Positions 18,549 through 28,394 of a DNA stretch of 64,000 bases are shown here, piece after piece. The stretch spans positions 1 to 64,000 of IMG/VR virus record IMGVR_UViG_3300045988_046952. One strand, given 5' to 3'. The position numbers and the translations under genes were made by a program. The DNA comes from a virus. Position 1 is the stretch's first letter; every line of letters begins with the position of its first letter. Under the pieces are notes generated by a model. The model saw only the letters and a program-made list of their open reading frames with translations, was not told the DNA's origin and did no database searches.

Positions 18549-19481
18549 TTAATAAAATTTGTCATTACTATCAGACGGCACATCTTGCCATTCCTGACTA
18601 ACAGAAGCACTAGGAGCTAAGCCTTCAACAGGCTCCTCATAGTTCTCTTTAATTGCGGTGACAATCACCTTGTCTACTTCTCCAGATGCACATGTCAATA
18701 CATTCTGTCCAAGTAAAGTCTTCCAAGATTCAGCAACCCTTGAGCCATGACTGGCATTAGTAATGTGAATGTGGAATACATGGTACTGTTCCTTTGCTTT
18801 GTCAAGAGCTTCTTGACAAGTAATGGTTTTAGCACCTTTTTGATACCCTAGAACACGTTTTAAGTAACATCCCTCTACCTTATCGAGATTTGGTTCATCT
18901 CCAATAGTAAATAAGAATCCCTTAGTGTGTCTTTCAAACCAGGAATCAGTTTCAGTATGATAACCCGCTACGATGTGAGATAGTAGATAGCTTTCACCTC
19001 TATTACCTCCTCCTCCACCTTCAATCACGAATGACTGTAAAGTGTCAAGGATTTTAGCTGTATCAGACTCAAACTGACCAATTTGAATTGGATATCGGTC
19101 ATAAACGTGGTCCCCAACTGCCATAAACATGATTTGTGGGTCACGCACACCTAGTTGAATGAGAGAGTCCATAATCTTAGGGAATTGGTCTCTAATCATT
19201 TCATAAGGTGTGTCCACCATTGAACCAGTAACGTCTAGCGCAATGATTATCGGAGTAGAGAAAGGATGTTCTTTAGAATCACGAGATTCACGAACACCCA
19301 CGTTAACCATTTCTTGCCTTATCTGCGTGTTATACTGCCTAACATTGTTGTTAAGCGATGCAGCAGTATTACATGCATTAATGGCATGGCTCTTAAAGAG
19401 TTCATCCCTAGTGGAGGTATATAAACCCCTACTGCCGGCCTCTACATCATAAGCAATTCTAGAATAACTACCTGCTCCCAT
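18549..19481 (-). CDS. von Willebrand factor A (vWA) domain protein
   Basis: MIDAS-like IIIALDVTGSM. Confidence 0.55.
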   Translation of the reverse strand: MGAGSYSRIAYDVEAGSRGLYTSTRDELFKSHAINACNTAASLNNNVRQYNTQIRQEMVNVGVRESRDSKEHPFSTPIIIALDVTGSMVDTPYEMIRDQFPKIMDSLIQLGVRDPQIMFMAVGDHVYDRYPIQIGQFESDTAKILDTLQSFVIEGGGGGNRGESYLLSHIVAGYHTETDSWFERHTKGFLFTIGDEPNLDKVEGCYLKRVLGYQKGAKTITCQEALDKAKEQYHVFHIHITNASHGSRVAESWKTLLGQNVLTCASGEVDKVIVTAIKENYEEPVEGLAPSASVSQEWQDVPSDSNDKFY

Positions 19482-19484
19482 AAA

Positions 19485-19865
19485 TTATTCATTTACAGTT
19501 GCAGCAGCGTCATCTTTCACGTCATCCAAATTAATGGATTCTGATGCATCAGCGGGAAATTCTTCTGCATCGACTTGCATAGCTAGAGCAAGTTCAATCT
19601 TTGCAACACGCAGTTTACGTGCCAATTCATGTCTTGTTCTTACCCATTCAGCCGGATTCAGTCCTTCTCCCGGATTCAAAGAGTCTCTTGATTTAACAGC
19701 CAGGTCATTGTGTTTGTTGATTTCTCCCTGAATGCGAAGTACTTTCAACTTACAATCCTGAACGAATCTGTCTTCCTCGATTTTAGCCAATTCATACAGA
19801 TTCTGCGCTCTTGCATCAAGTACACTTTGTCCACTCTTACTTAATTTCTCTTTAAAACTGCTCAT
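19485..19865 (-). CDS. hypothetical protein (126 aa)
   Basis: ORF track. Confidence 0.4.
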   Translation of the reverse strand: MSSFKEKLSKSGQSVLDARAQNLYELAKIEEDRFVQDCKLKVLRIQGEINKHNDLAVKSRDSLNPGEGLNPAEWVRTRHELARKLRVAKIELALAMQVDAEEFPADASESINLDDVKDDAAATVNE

Positions 19866-19952
19866 TTACACTTACATTTAACATGTTAAATTCAATAAGC
19901 ATCTCTGTGTGGTAATTTATAATCTAACTGTAATCATCTAGGATTACAATCG

Positions 19953-20025
19953 AGCCACCTTAGGGACTCGAACCCTAAACAGCCGCATTACAAGTGCGGT
20001 ACTCTACCAATTGAGTTAAGGTGGC
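19953..20025 (-). tRNA. tRNA-Thr(TGT)
   Basis: acceptor GCCACCT/AGGTGGC, anticodon arm CCGCA-CTTGTAA-TGCGG. Confidence 0.8.
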
Positions 20026-20083
20026 ATAAACAGGAGACGATGTTACCAAGTGTGCTGACATCTCCTTTGTAAATCAAAGAAAG

Positions 20084-20157
20084 CGGTGCATACGAGATTC
20101 GAACTCGTGATATCCACCGTGACAGGGTGGCGTCCTAGACCACTGAACGAATGCACC
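20084..20157 (-). tRNA. tRNA-Asp(GTC)
   Basis: acceptor GGTGCAT/ATGCACC, anticodon arm CCACC-CTGTCAC-GGTGG. Confidence 0.8.
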
Positions 20158-20462
20158 ATGAAGCTTGCTTAACCTACCCTCTAAACCTATGCTTGGACTT
20201 GCAGTTAGTTATTCAGATATTGTCCCTTCCCGCTAGCTGAGTCATTCTCTTACTGTAATCATGTGTCCAACTCACAATTACTATTCAGATGTGCCAAATG
20301 GGACATGGCAATTTATAGAAAGTGGGTGTTAGCCGTTTCTATCCCACCATTGCGTACTACAGTGCTAACTACCGTCTAAGCTCCTATCCCTTACGTCGCC
20401 TTAGAGTGTACATGATTATTATTGCCTAACCAGTTACCTGATTGGAAGGATTATGTACGAGG

Positions 20463-20534
20463 TACTGCCAACGGGATTCGAACCCGTATTTTCAGTGTGA
20501 GAGACTGATTACCTAACCCTTAGTAGATAGCAGT
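20463..20534 (-). tRNA. tRNA-Glu(CTC)
   Basis: acceptor ACTGCTA/TGGCAGT, anticodon arm TCAGT-CTCTCAC-ACTGA. Confidence 0.7.
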
Positions 20535-20817
20535 ATGTTAAATAGTCGTGAGTAGTTAATTGCAACTATGACAAAATTAAGATTAAAGTCAAAGACCAGC
20601 CTATTGCTATCTAGGGCAAAGTCAAAGGAATTTTGTAACTTCGCAATAGACTGACAGGGTTTGAATTAATAATACTTAATTATGCTGGAAATCGTCCCTG
20701 TATGGAATACAGAACACGATTAATTTGTCGACAATGCATCGACTAGAGTCTTTGATGCAATTCATACTACTCACGCAAAGCTATGTTAGAATCCAATGAA
20801 ATTCAAGACTATAGCAC

Positions 20818-21711
20818 CTATTTATCTGGATTGGAAATCTTAGTTAGTAACTCGTAAGTTGCTTGTAACTCATTAGGAATTACTATCTTAAGTTCCAATA
20901 GTTTCTTACGTTCTTCGACTTTCCAAGTTTCACATTGTTGAGACAGGGTTTTGGCATCCAAATTGAATCTATCAACAGCTTGTTTATAAGCCTGATTGAC
21001 TTCATATTCAGAATCCTTTACCATTTTATCAATCTTGAACTTAATCTTATTAAGTCTAGCTGATATGTCTCTGTGTTTCTGCTGTAATGCAAAGAATGTT
21101 TCTTCTACCTTATCGCTACTAACAGACGGGTCATACGAGTACACTATTGTGTCAGTGCCAGAACCTTCAACCTTAGTAGGATTAGTATAGGCATCCATTA
21201 AAGCTCTACGGGCGTTTGCAAACGGACGCATTGGATGAATATACTTACCAATAGCAGATGCTTCTGCTTCTAGTCTGTAATATTCCATACGTTCTGCAAT
21301 GCTCAATGAAGCAATTGCTTCCTCTTCGGTAAGGATATGACCCTTAATCGGGGTGTCCAACTTGAATCCAGCTACGTCTGTAGCATATAAATCCCATGTG
21401 TACCTGTTAATAATTTCAAGTTCTTCTTCTCTAGCCTTAATAGCTTCACGAATCCATGCACAGAAGGCATTCATATTAGCAACTTCTTGAAGTAATGTGG
21501 GCACATTATCAAGATATGCCTCATTTCTACCTGTCTTCACAGTCCTAGAGTTACCTCCACTTAGCAAGCTAATATTGACATTCACAAACCCTACAGAATC
21601 TAAAGCTTGTCTATTAGATTCTACTGTTTCCTTAGCTATATTAGCCAGGTGATTGGCAGAAGTTTGGGTTAGTCCCTTCTCGCCAAAGAATACTTTGTTA
21701 CATTCTTTCAT
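20818..21711 (-). CDS. hypothetical protein (297 aa)
   Basis: long ORF. Confidence 0.45.
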   Translation of the reverse strand: MKECNKVFFGEKGLTQTSANHLANIAKETVESNRQALDSVGFVNVNISLLSGGNSRTVKTGRNEAYLDNVPTLLQEVANMNAFCAWIREAIKAREEELEIINRYTWDLYATDVAGFKLDTPIKGHILTEEEAIASLSIAERMEYYRLEAEASAIGKYIHPMRPFANARRALMDAYTNPTKVEGSGTDTIVYSYDPSVSSDKVEETFFALQQKHRDISARLNKIKFKIDKMVKDSEYEVNQAYKQAVDRFNLDAKTLSQQCETWKVEERKKLLELKIVIPNELQATYELLTKISNPDK

Positions 21712-21740
21712 AAGCTGTAATTATTAATTCATTACTAATG

Positions 21741-21813
21741 CACTGGATAGGGGATTCGAACCCCTGTTTACGCATCGAAAGTGCGTCGACCTAAACCACT
21801 AGTCGAATCCAGT
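21741..21813 (-). tRNA. tRNA-Glu(TTC)
   Basis: acceptor ACTGGAT/ATCCAGT, anticodon arm ACGCA-CTTTCGA-TGCGT. Confidence 0.8.
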
Positions 21814-21821
21814 ATACCTTA

Positions 21822-22142
21822 TTAAGCTTTCCAGAATACAAACTTATTGCCTTCTGGACATCTTACATACTTCACATCAAAACCATTCTCTCGATATAGA
21901 GGTTCTACATCTAACCAATGGTTCTTAATTACTTCTTCTTCAGTTAAACCTTCAGATGCTACATAGGCTATTACATCTGATTGCTTAAATTCAGAAGCTT
22001 TACCACTCCAGTTCTTAACTATTAAAGTATTAAAAGCTAAGATAACTGCATCAGGAATAGATTTTAAATCTATACTCCTCAATTCTCTTGAATTTAATAC
22101 CTTCACCATAATTCTAATAATTAGGTTAATAATGATTTTCAC
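21822..22142 (-). CDS. hypothetical protein (106 aa)
   Basis: ORF track. Confidence 0.4.
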   Translation of the reverse strand: MKIIINLIIRIMVKVLNSRELRSIDLKSIPDAVILAFNTLIVKNWSGKASEFKQSDVIAYVASEGLTEEEVIKNHWLDVEPLYRENGFDVKYVRCPEGNKFVFWKA

Positions 22143-22161
22143 AAACTCTTATTAGCCAGCG

Positions 22162-22249
22162 CGGAGAGTGCTGGATTCGAACCAGCGGAACCCTTTTGAG
22201 GTTCGGAGTCTTAGCAGGACTCTGGTATAGACCACTCACCCAACTCTCC
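22162..22249 (-). tRNA. tRNA-Ser(GCT), class II
   Basis: acceptor GGAGAGT/ACTCTCC, anticodon arm GAGTC-CTGCTAA-GACTC, long variable arm. Confidence 0.8.
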
Positions 22250-22255
22250 AATCCA

Positions 22256-22316
22256 CAGAAGACTTATTTATGCTATATCAATCGCTTATGATTACCTTAG
22301 TGCTGTAAGTCTTCTT
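22256..22316. repeat. tRNA-associated hairpin repeat, copy 1 (cAGAAGACTTA ... gTGCTGTAAGTCTTCTta)
   Basis: inverted arms about 10 bp around a roughly 40-nt loop, directly upstream of tRNA-Ser(GCT). Confidence 0.55.
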
Positions 22317-22336
22317 AGAAATTCACTGTAAAAGGA

Positions 22337-24298
22337 TTACTTTACAGGAGGAAAATTATCACCATTAGCCGGTGATTCTTCTGGCTTCTTGCCAGTGATT
22401 ATTTGCTTAAGCGAATCTGCAATAGGCAAATTACGGGCAATCTCCAAGCTAGGAGCAAGATTCTTAGCCATATTAGCCATGAACTGCCCAGCAGTATTGG
22501 AGTCACCATACACAGTAACATTACCAAGCTGGATATGTTCAAACACCTTAGCGTTGGCTTCAGCAACTTCTTTCCACCTGTCGGTCATTGCATATTGAAC
22601 GATTGCTTCAGGATGCATACCTGATTTAATCATATGTTCAACTGCAAGAGCCGGAGCCATTTCCATTGCCTGTTTCTGTTCAGCTTCTGCCATTAAAGAT
22701 GCTTTCTTACCTTCAGCTTCTGCAAGAAGTTTCTTTTTAGTACCTTCAGCTTCTGCTTCCAGTTGCATCTTAGTAGCATTTGCTTTGGCTTCTGCTGCTT
22801 TCAAGATTTTAGCTGCTTCCGCTTCTGCTTCAAGAATGGCTACACTCTTAACAGCTTCTGCTTCAATTTTAGCTTTCTCTTTGGCCTTCTCGGCAGGTAT
22901 AATCACTTCGGCTTTAAGCTTAGCTTCTTCAGCTTTAGCTTTAGCTTCATTAACTTCTACCTGACGTTCCTGCTCTGTTTTAGCAACTGCCATTTGAGCT
23001 TCAACTTTGGAAGTACCAGCTACTCTTTCAGCTTCAGCTTTAGCTTTCTCTGCTTCTCCCTTAGCTTTGGAAACTTCAATAGTAGCTTTCTGTTCAGCTA
23101 CTCCTGCTGCTTTCTCTGCTTCAGCTGCCTTCTGACGGGCTTCTGATTCATACTGTGCAGTTTTAGCTTCCTTCTCCTGCTGTGCTTTAACAGTTTCAGC
23201 TTCTTGGTTTTGTGCTGCTACTGCCATACGAACTTCCTTCTCTGCTTCTGCTTCCGCCTTAGCAGCTTCAGCTTTGGCAGTAAATTCTGCTTCTTTAGCA
23301 GTTGCATAAGCTTGCTGCTCTGCAATCTTGGCAGCTCTTAATGCTTCTTGCTCGGCAACTTTGGAAGCTTCTTCAGTTTGGGCTGTAGCCACACCAATTT
23401 CACGTTCCTTTCTTTGCTCTGCAACAGCAATTTGTTGCTCCTTGTGCTGCTCGGCCAATTGAGTTTCCTTCTCTTTAGTGGTCTTAGCAATAGCAACTTC
23501 TTTCTCCCTGTTAGTTTCAGCCACTATGGTTTCTTGTTCCTTAGTAGCTGCTGCAATTGCAATCTCCTTCTCTCTCGTAGTTTGAGCTATCTGGATTGCT
23601 CCTTTCTTCTCTTCTTCTGCTATATCAGCTTGTGATTGCGCTCTTGCTTTAGTCTCTTCTTTCTTACCAAGATTATCAATATATTGAGCAGCATCTTGAA
23701 TGTCACTGATATTGATATTCATCAGGTAAAGACCAAGTTTGTTCAATTCCGTATTGATATTGTCTCTAGCTTGAGCTAGGAACTTGTCTCTGTCAGAGTT
23801 AAGCTCTTCAATAGTCATCGAAGCAATAACAAGCCTCATCTGACCATAAACAATATCTGAAATCAAACTTTCTTTAACGTCATCATCAGCACCTAGTAAG
23901 CGATTAGCAGCATTCTGCATAATCAGCGGTTCTTGGCTAATAGCAACAGTTACAGTAGTAGGAATAGTTACACGAATATTTTGAGCTGACAAAGCATTCT
24001 TCAATACAAGATTCAATTGAATCGGCTGCATTGACATTACTTCATAACCCTGTATAATCGGCCATACAAAAGCTGCACCACCATGATAAACCTTGGCAGT
24101 TTTAATTTCAACTTCTCTGTCAACCAGATTACCTTTAGCGTCGCGTTCGCTAACTTTCTCTTTGTGAGAGCCTGTTTTACCATAAACTACCAACAATTCG
24201 TCAGATTTACATTTACGGTAGCGGGATAGAATCCCAATGATAGTGATGATTGCAACTAGTACAACTACACCAACGATAATTAATGATGTCATTTCCAT
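22337..24298 (-). CDS. SPFH/band-7 flotillin-like protein with EA-repeat coiled coil (653 aa)
   Basis: N-terminal TM helix, PHB/SPFH-like region, then long KAEAEAEK-type EA-rich coiled coil as in flotillins/YqiK. Confidence 0.7.
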   Translation of the reverse strand: MEMTSLIIVGVVVLVAIITIIGILSRYRKCKSDELLVVYGKTGSHKEKVSERDAKGNLVDREVEIKTAKVYHGGAAFVWPIIQGYEVMSMQPIQLNLVLKNALSAQNIRVTIPTTVTVAISQEPLIMQNAANRLLGADDDVKESLISDIVYGQMRLVIASMTIEELNSDRDKFLAQARDNINTELNKLGLYLMNINISDIQDAAQYIDNLGKKEETKARAQSQADIAEEEKKGAIQIAQTTREKEIAIAAATKEQETIVAETNREKEVAIAKTTKEKETQLAEQHKEQQIAVAEQRKEREIGVATAQTEEASKVAEQEALRAAKIAEQQAYATAKEAEFTAKAEAAKAEAEAEKEVRMAVAAQNQEAETVKAQQEKEAKTAQYESEARQKAAEAEKAAGVAEQKATIEVSKAKGEAEKAKAEAERVAGTSKVEAQMAVAKTEQERQVEVNEAKAKAEEAKLKAEVIIPAEKAKEKAKIEAEAVKSVAILEAEAEAAKILKAAEAKANATKMQLEAEAEGTKKKLLAEAEGKKASLMAEAEQKQAMEMAPALAVEHMIKSGMHPEAIVQYAMTDRWKEVAEANAKVFEHIQLGNVTVYGDSNTAGQFMANMAKNLAPSLEIARNLPIADSLKQIITGKKPEESPANGDNFPPVK

Positions 24299-24311
24299 CT
24301 TGAAATTGGTA

Positions 24312-24833
24312 TTAATCTATGTATAATTTATTGTCTTCGTATTTACGAATCGTTACTGGCTCATTGACAGGATATGTCTTCTTATTAAGAGATACAACTT
24401 CTACTTCTCTCAATGCTCCACTTATGTTCACGGATGCCAAATGGCGCCCTTCACCTAAATGTACATAGATAATAGCAGTTCTGCCAACTAAGTTAGTCTT
24501 CGGTTCGTCTTTAGGAAGGTTCTGCAATTTCATACAGAACTTATATAAATGATACAGCATAAATACAAATACAAGACCTATAAAGAATCCTATTAACCAA
24601 TCAATCCAAGTTACTTCATAACCTAGTAATTGCTTAATAGATGTCCACCCTCCGAACCCCATGAAGAAATGGATAAATCCTTTAAAGGATACAACATCAC
24701 TGACATCAAAATCAGCATCACCATCAAAGTCTACATCGACATCGAACTCCCCAGCAACCCATGATATTATGAATTGTAGGATAAATATACCATAGGCGAT
24801 GCCTCCTAAGATATAATACAAGTTATTGTCCAT
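24312..24833 (-). CDS. NfeD-like membrane protein (YqiJ-like partner of flotillin)
   Basis: N-terminal TM helices plus C-terminal beta-barrel-like GRTAIIYVHLGEGRHLASVNISGALREVEVVSLN; immediately upstream of the flotillin gene. Confidence 0.55.
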   Translation of the reverse strand: MDNNLYYILGGIAYGIFILQFIISWVAGEFDVDVDFDGDADFDVSDVVSFKGFIHFFMGFGGWTSIKQLLGYEVTWIDWLIGFFIGLVFVFMLYHLYKFCMKLQNLPKDEPKTNLVGRTAIIYVHLGEGRHLASVNISGALREVEVVSLNKKTYPVNEPVTIRKYEDNKLYID

Positions 24834-24862
24834 CTTACTAATAATTATTTAATCTTTTAAAG

Positions 24863-24937
24863 TGGGGCGAAATGGAGTCGAACCATTATCTCTGGATTTT
24901 CAGTCCAGCGCGAACTGACCACCTGCGCTACCGCCCC
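24863..24937 (-). tRNA. tRNA-Phe(GAA)
   Basis: anticodon arm CTGGA-CTGAAAA-TCCAG; enlarged D-loop. Confidence 0.7.
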
Positions 24938-25236
24938 ATACTGCCTACACATACGTCTTCACTGGATTTTATGCTTTATTACGCCAGTTGCTTTGGACAG
25001 TCTAAATCCTTCGGTGCTGTACAGCTATACATATATTAACGAGGCCTCAACATTAATTAAGCTGCCATCGCACCTACTACCATTACTTCGTCACGCAACG
25101 TACCCTACATTCCACTTTAGGATTTTCACCTAACCACATCCTCGGCATTCCGTTTCAAGATAAAATATAACTCTGCTGAATAAGTCAAACCAAACAGGAA
25201 GATTTATGATACGTTTATACCTAAACAGCAGAATTG

Positions 25237-25310
25237 GGTGACATACGAGACTTGAACTCGTAACCCTTAGAACCACAACCTAATGCTCTGCCAATTGAGC
25301 TAATGCCACC
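25237..25310 (-). tRNA. tRNA-His(GTG) with G-1
   Basis: 8-bp acceptor including G-1:C73, anticodon loop TTGTGGT. Confidence 0.75.
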
Positions 25311-25318
25311 ATATTGAG

Positions 25319-25900
25319 TTATTGCAACTCTAATCCTTCTTTTAGTGCCCTAGTATATGCCATTCTAGCAAAGAATAGTTCAGCCACAGCCATAACTACT
25401 GGCTCTGCTAACTCTTCGGCTTCTTCAGCTCTTTCTTCTTTGGGCTTAGATTCTACATATTCTAGTAATTCCAACACAGCTCTATTAGCTTCGACCAGGC
25501 GACTATAAGCAATGCGAACTTGTTTATAGTTCTTATATCTTTCTCGATATGGTCTTATTGCATTCCATGAATATGAAGCAGCTACTATTATTGATATGGC
25601 ACATAGTACCATGAATCCGAAGGGTTCTTCTTTAGACCATGCTGAATAGATTTGATACAATACAGCACCCAAACACAGGTTTTGTCCTATAAAGAGAGAC
25701 AGTAAAAACCAATAAGCTGAAAAGGCTTTCTTTGCTTCATCAAGTAATGACTCTGACTCCTTTAGCTTCTCTTGTTCAGCTTTTAATGAGTCAATTGACA
25801 CTTCCATAGCTTCCCCTTCTTCGTCTGAACCTTTAAGGCGTTCATATTCCTCTTCACTAATCTTAGTTATTTTCAAATCTTCTAATTCTTCTCGATTCAT
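25319..25900 (-). CDS. membrane coiled-coil protein (193 aa)
   Basis: ORF track; central TM segments. Confidence 0.45.
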   Translation of the reverse strand: MNREELEDLKITKISEEEYERLKGSDEEGEAMEVSIDSLKAEQEKLKESESLLDEAKKAFSAYWFLLSLFIGQNLCLGAVLYQIYSAWSKEEPFGFMVLCAISIIVAASYSWNAIRPYRERYKNYKQVRIAYSRLVEANRAVLELLEYVESKPKEERAEEAEELAEPVVMAVAELFFARMAYTRALKEGLELQ

Positions 25901-25928
25901 TACCTTTCAATTTAAGTTCAACAATCTG

Positions 25929-26003
25929 TGGACCTGATGAGACTCGAACTCACGACCCTCTGCGTGCAAGGCAGATGCTCTAGCCAATCTGAGCTACAGG
26001 CCC
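25929..26003 (-). tRNA. tRNA-Ala(TGC)
   Basis: G3:U70 in acceptor GGGCCTG/CAGGTCC, anticodon arm TCTGC-CTTGCAC-GCAGA. Confidence 0.85.
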
Positions 26004-26190
26004 ATATTTAGCCACACTATCGTAGGGCTATCAGCTCCCAACGTCCGACTGATTACGGAAGGTTACCTACCGGTCTGATAACCTATAAAATGCACAATTA
26101 CTTAGTCATGCCCCAACTGTTCTTGTCAGTCTCCGACTCCAACCCATAGCATGTTATAGAACTCTACATGCATACCCTCCTCATTGTGCA

Positions 26191-26502
26191 CTATTTTAAA
26201 CCTATCATTTCAGCAATTTCTTCAAATGAATAATTCAGGAATAGTCTATCCATATCTGCATCAGATTTAACCCATTTAGGTCTAGGATATATAAGAGTAG
26301 GAGAATGTCCTCTCTCATGTAATCCATACACTACTTCCTTCTTACCTTTAATAAGACGAAGGTCAATATGCTCTGACATAGAAGAATAAAATCCTATATT
26401 AGAATCCTCTACATATGTAGAACCCTTCTTAGACATTACCTTGCGATAAGGTTTATACCCTTTACTAATTAAATACTCTATGAACCCAATCATGTTAACC
26501 AC
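26191..26502 (-). CDS. hypothetical protein (103 aa)
   Basis: ORF track. Confidence 0.4.
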   Translation of the reverse strand: MVNMIGFIEYLISKGYKPYRKVMSKKGSTYVEDSNIGFYSSMSEHIDLRLIKGKKEVVYGLHERGHSPTLIYPRPKWVKSDADMDRLFLNYSFEEIAEMIGLK

Positions 26503-26508
26503 TATTAG

Positions 26509-26581
<73 letters not shown>

Positions 26582-26586
26582 ATCAT

Positions 26587-26636
26587 CAGAAGGCAAATTG
26601 AACTACATGACACAGTAAAAATGCTGATGCCTTCTT
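26587..26636. repeat. tRNA-associated hairpin repeat, copy 2 (cAGAAGGCA ... aTGCTGATGCCTTCTta)
   Basis: directly upstream of tRNA-Arg(TCT). Confidence 0.55.
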
Positions 26637-26651
26637 ATATTACCCATTCAG

Positions 26652-27002
26652 TTATTCTAGATTAAGTAATTCTCTTGTCTCTTTCTTAAACTGTCTCCTA
26701 TTATAGCGTTCTCCTTTACATATAGGACAACTACAAGGAGTGCTGGTTGTTTTATAGGCAAACGTATATTTAGAATTATATAATTCTGTCCAATGTCTAC
26801 CTCTTGCTGTCTTATCTGGATTATACCAGTAGGCAGCGTGGAGTTTAATCCTAGTAATATACTTCTGGTCTTTCTTTAGGTTCCTCCACCTTTTGTTTCT
26901 TTGGATTAGTGAATCCTTCAGTTTCTCCGTTCTTAGTTCTTCCATCGTCTCTACCATTAGTGTTAATAATGTCTTGAGACGGGTTATAGCCGGTTCCAAC
27001 AA
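26652..27002 (-). CDS. basic protein with C-terminal CxxC Zn-ribbon (116 aa)
   Basis: ORF track; CSCPICKGERY; overlapped out of frame by 26851-27042. Confidence 0.4.
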   Translation of the reverse strand: MLEPAITRLKTLLTLMVETMEELRTEKLKDSLIQRNKRWRNLKKDQKYITRIKLHAAYWYNPDKTARGRHWTELYNSKYTFAYKTTSTPCSCPICKGERYNRRQFKKETRELLNLE

Positions 27003-27051
27003 ACTTCTTCATGTCCAATCCTGTTAAATTAATTCCTTTCATACGATAATT

Positions 27052-27399
27052 TTACAATCTATTAAATACTGCATGTTCCTTTAACCACTCTTGATAGAGC
27101 TTATCATCATAGTTCCCTGAATACTCCCAATGAAATCTACTACATTCTATAGTCTTTAGTAAGAACTTCATCACAGACCTTGTATTAGCCTTCTTTGATA
27201 TAGATGAAATGTAAAACTTCTCTTTATCAAAATCATAGTATCCTTGTAATACCACTCGGCGAGAATTTTGTCTATTTAAGTAAATTCTTGCCAACAACTT
27301 GGAGTTATTGTCTACATATCGAGTAGATATGAATTTATAAGCCATCTGATTCAGCCAGCAATAAAGTAATACCAACACAATAGGCATTATTGACTGCAT
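27052..27399 (-). CDS. hypothetical protein (115 aa)
   Basis: ORF track. Confidence 0.35.
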   Translation of the reverse strand: MQSIMPIVLVLLYCWLNQMAYKFISTRYVDNNSKLLARIYLNRQNSRRVVLQGYYDFDKEKFYISSISKKANTRSVMKFLLKTIECSRFHWEYSGNYDDKLYQEWLKEHAVFNRL

Positions 27400-27658
27400 T
27401 CAACCTTTTCTTGAGTTCCTTCTTAGCCTTTCTGGGCAACTTAGGATACTCTGCATATAAATCCTGTTCAGCGGCTCTGCTTGCTTCACTTAATTGCTCA
27501 AGTAAAGCATTAACATCTTCGTTAGTTTTGTAATCCTTAAGAAGGACTCTAACTAATGTGGGACGTTTCACCATTTCTCGCATTCCAGATTCGTACACTC
27601 TACAAATTTGGTTTCTACTTAACGTAGACACTCTCCTTAATTTCACTTTAAACTTCAT
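27335..27658 (-). CDS. hypothetical protein (107 aa)
   Basis: ORF track. Confidence 0.35.
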   Translation of the reverse strand: MKFKVKLRRVSTLSRNQICRVYESGMREMVKRPTLVRVLLKDYKTNEDVNALLEQLSEASRAAEQDLYAEYPKLPRKAKKELKKRLNAVNNAYCVGITLLLAESDGL

Positions 27659-27677
27659 AGTACATTCAAATTAGTTG

Positions 27678-27764
27678 AGGAAGCAGAGGGATTCGAACCC
27701 CCGGACCCCGAAGGGCCTACGGATTTCAAGTCCGTTCCGTTCAACCTGGCTCCGGCATACTTCC
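27678..27764 (-). tRNA. tRNA-Ser(TGA), class II
   Basis: anticodon arm ACGGA-CTTGAAA-TCCGT, long variable arm; 5' end overlaps the HNH gene's 3' end by 24 nt. Confidence 0.75.
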
Positions 27765-28148
27765 TTGATATTTCTTTCTATGTGTTCTAGCACTGTTCTT
27801 ATTCTTAGACTTATAAGTGTCCAACTGTGAATCACAGTTAGGACATATTAATCGTAAATTATGTTCCCAGTTGTTAGAAGCATCTCCGTTTATATGGTCA
27901 AGTATAAAGTTCAGGGGCTTGCCCTGCCATACACTATCTATACCACATATAGCACACTTGTGTTCCTGTTTATCTGCAATATAATCTCTGATACAATTTC
28001 TAAGCGTAGTTGAAACTTTACATCCAGTATCTCCAGTCTCTTTCCACTTTGCAATCTTATCTTCGTTTACTTTCTTACGGTAACATTCTTGACATAATCC
28101 AGATTGATTACCAGCACTTAATTGCTTTCCACATACGGAACACTTCAC
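27741..28148 (-). CDS. HNH homing endonuclease
   Basis: LDHINGDASNNWEHNLRLICPNCDSQ plus N-terminal Zn-finger; located inside the tRNA array. Confidence 0.7.
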   Translation of the reverse strand: MKCSVCGKQLSAGNQSGLCQECYRKKVNEDKIAKWKETGDTGCKVSTTLRNCIRDYIADKQEHKCAICGIDSVWQGKPLNFILDHINGDASNNWEHNLRLICPNCDSQLDTYKSKNKNSARTHRKKYQGSMPEPG

Positions 28149-28194
28149 ATTTAGTAATTCTAATTAATAGATAACCTATCTATTTTCTACCATG

Positions 28195-28269
28195 CACGCC
28201 CTGCACGACTCGAACATGCAACACACCCAGTTTTGGAGACAGGGGCTCTACCGATTGAGCTAAGGACGC
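28195..28269 (-). tRNA. tRNA-Trp(CCA)
   Basis: anticodon loop CTCCAAA (one stem mismatch), D-arm GCTC-AATCGGTA-GAGC. Confidence 0.6.
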
Positions 28270-28394
28270 ATCAATTTTAGATTGTGGAATCTTTAAAGAT
28301 GTAATACAGTACTACTAGCACTATAGCTCCCACAATGTAAGCACCAAAACTATGCATAATCTTATAATTTAATGTTAATAATCTAATATGTTTG

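Noticed and set aside
22763-23635. Plus-strand ORFs 22763-23146 and 23348-23635 with FSFSFS and LLLL low-complexity translations
   Set aside because: Antisense artefacts of the EA/KAEA-repeat coiled-coil coding region of the minus-strand flotillin gene
26851-27042. 63-aa ORF overlapping 26652-27002 out of frame
   Set aside because: Same strand, different frame, shorter and highly charged; probably spurious, though a frameshift or sequencing error cannot be excluded
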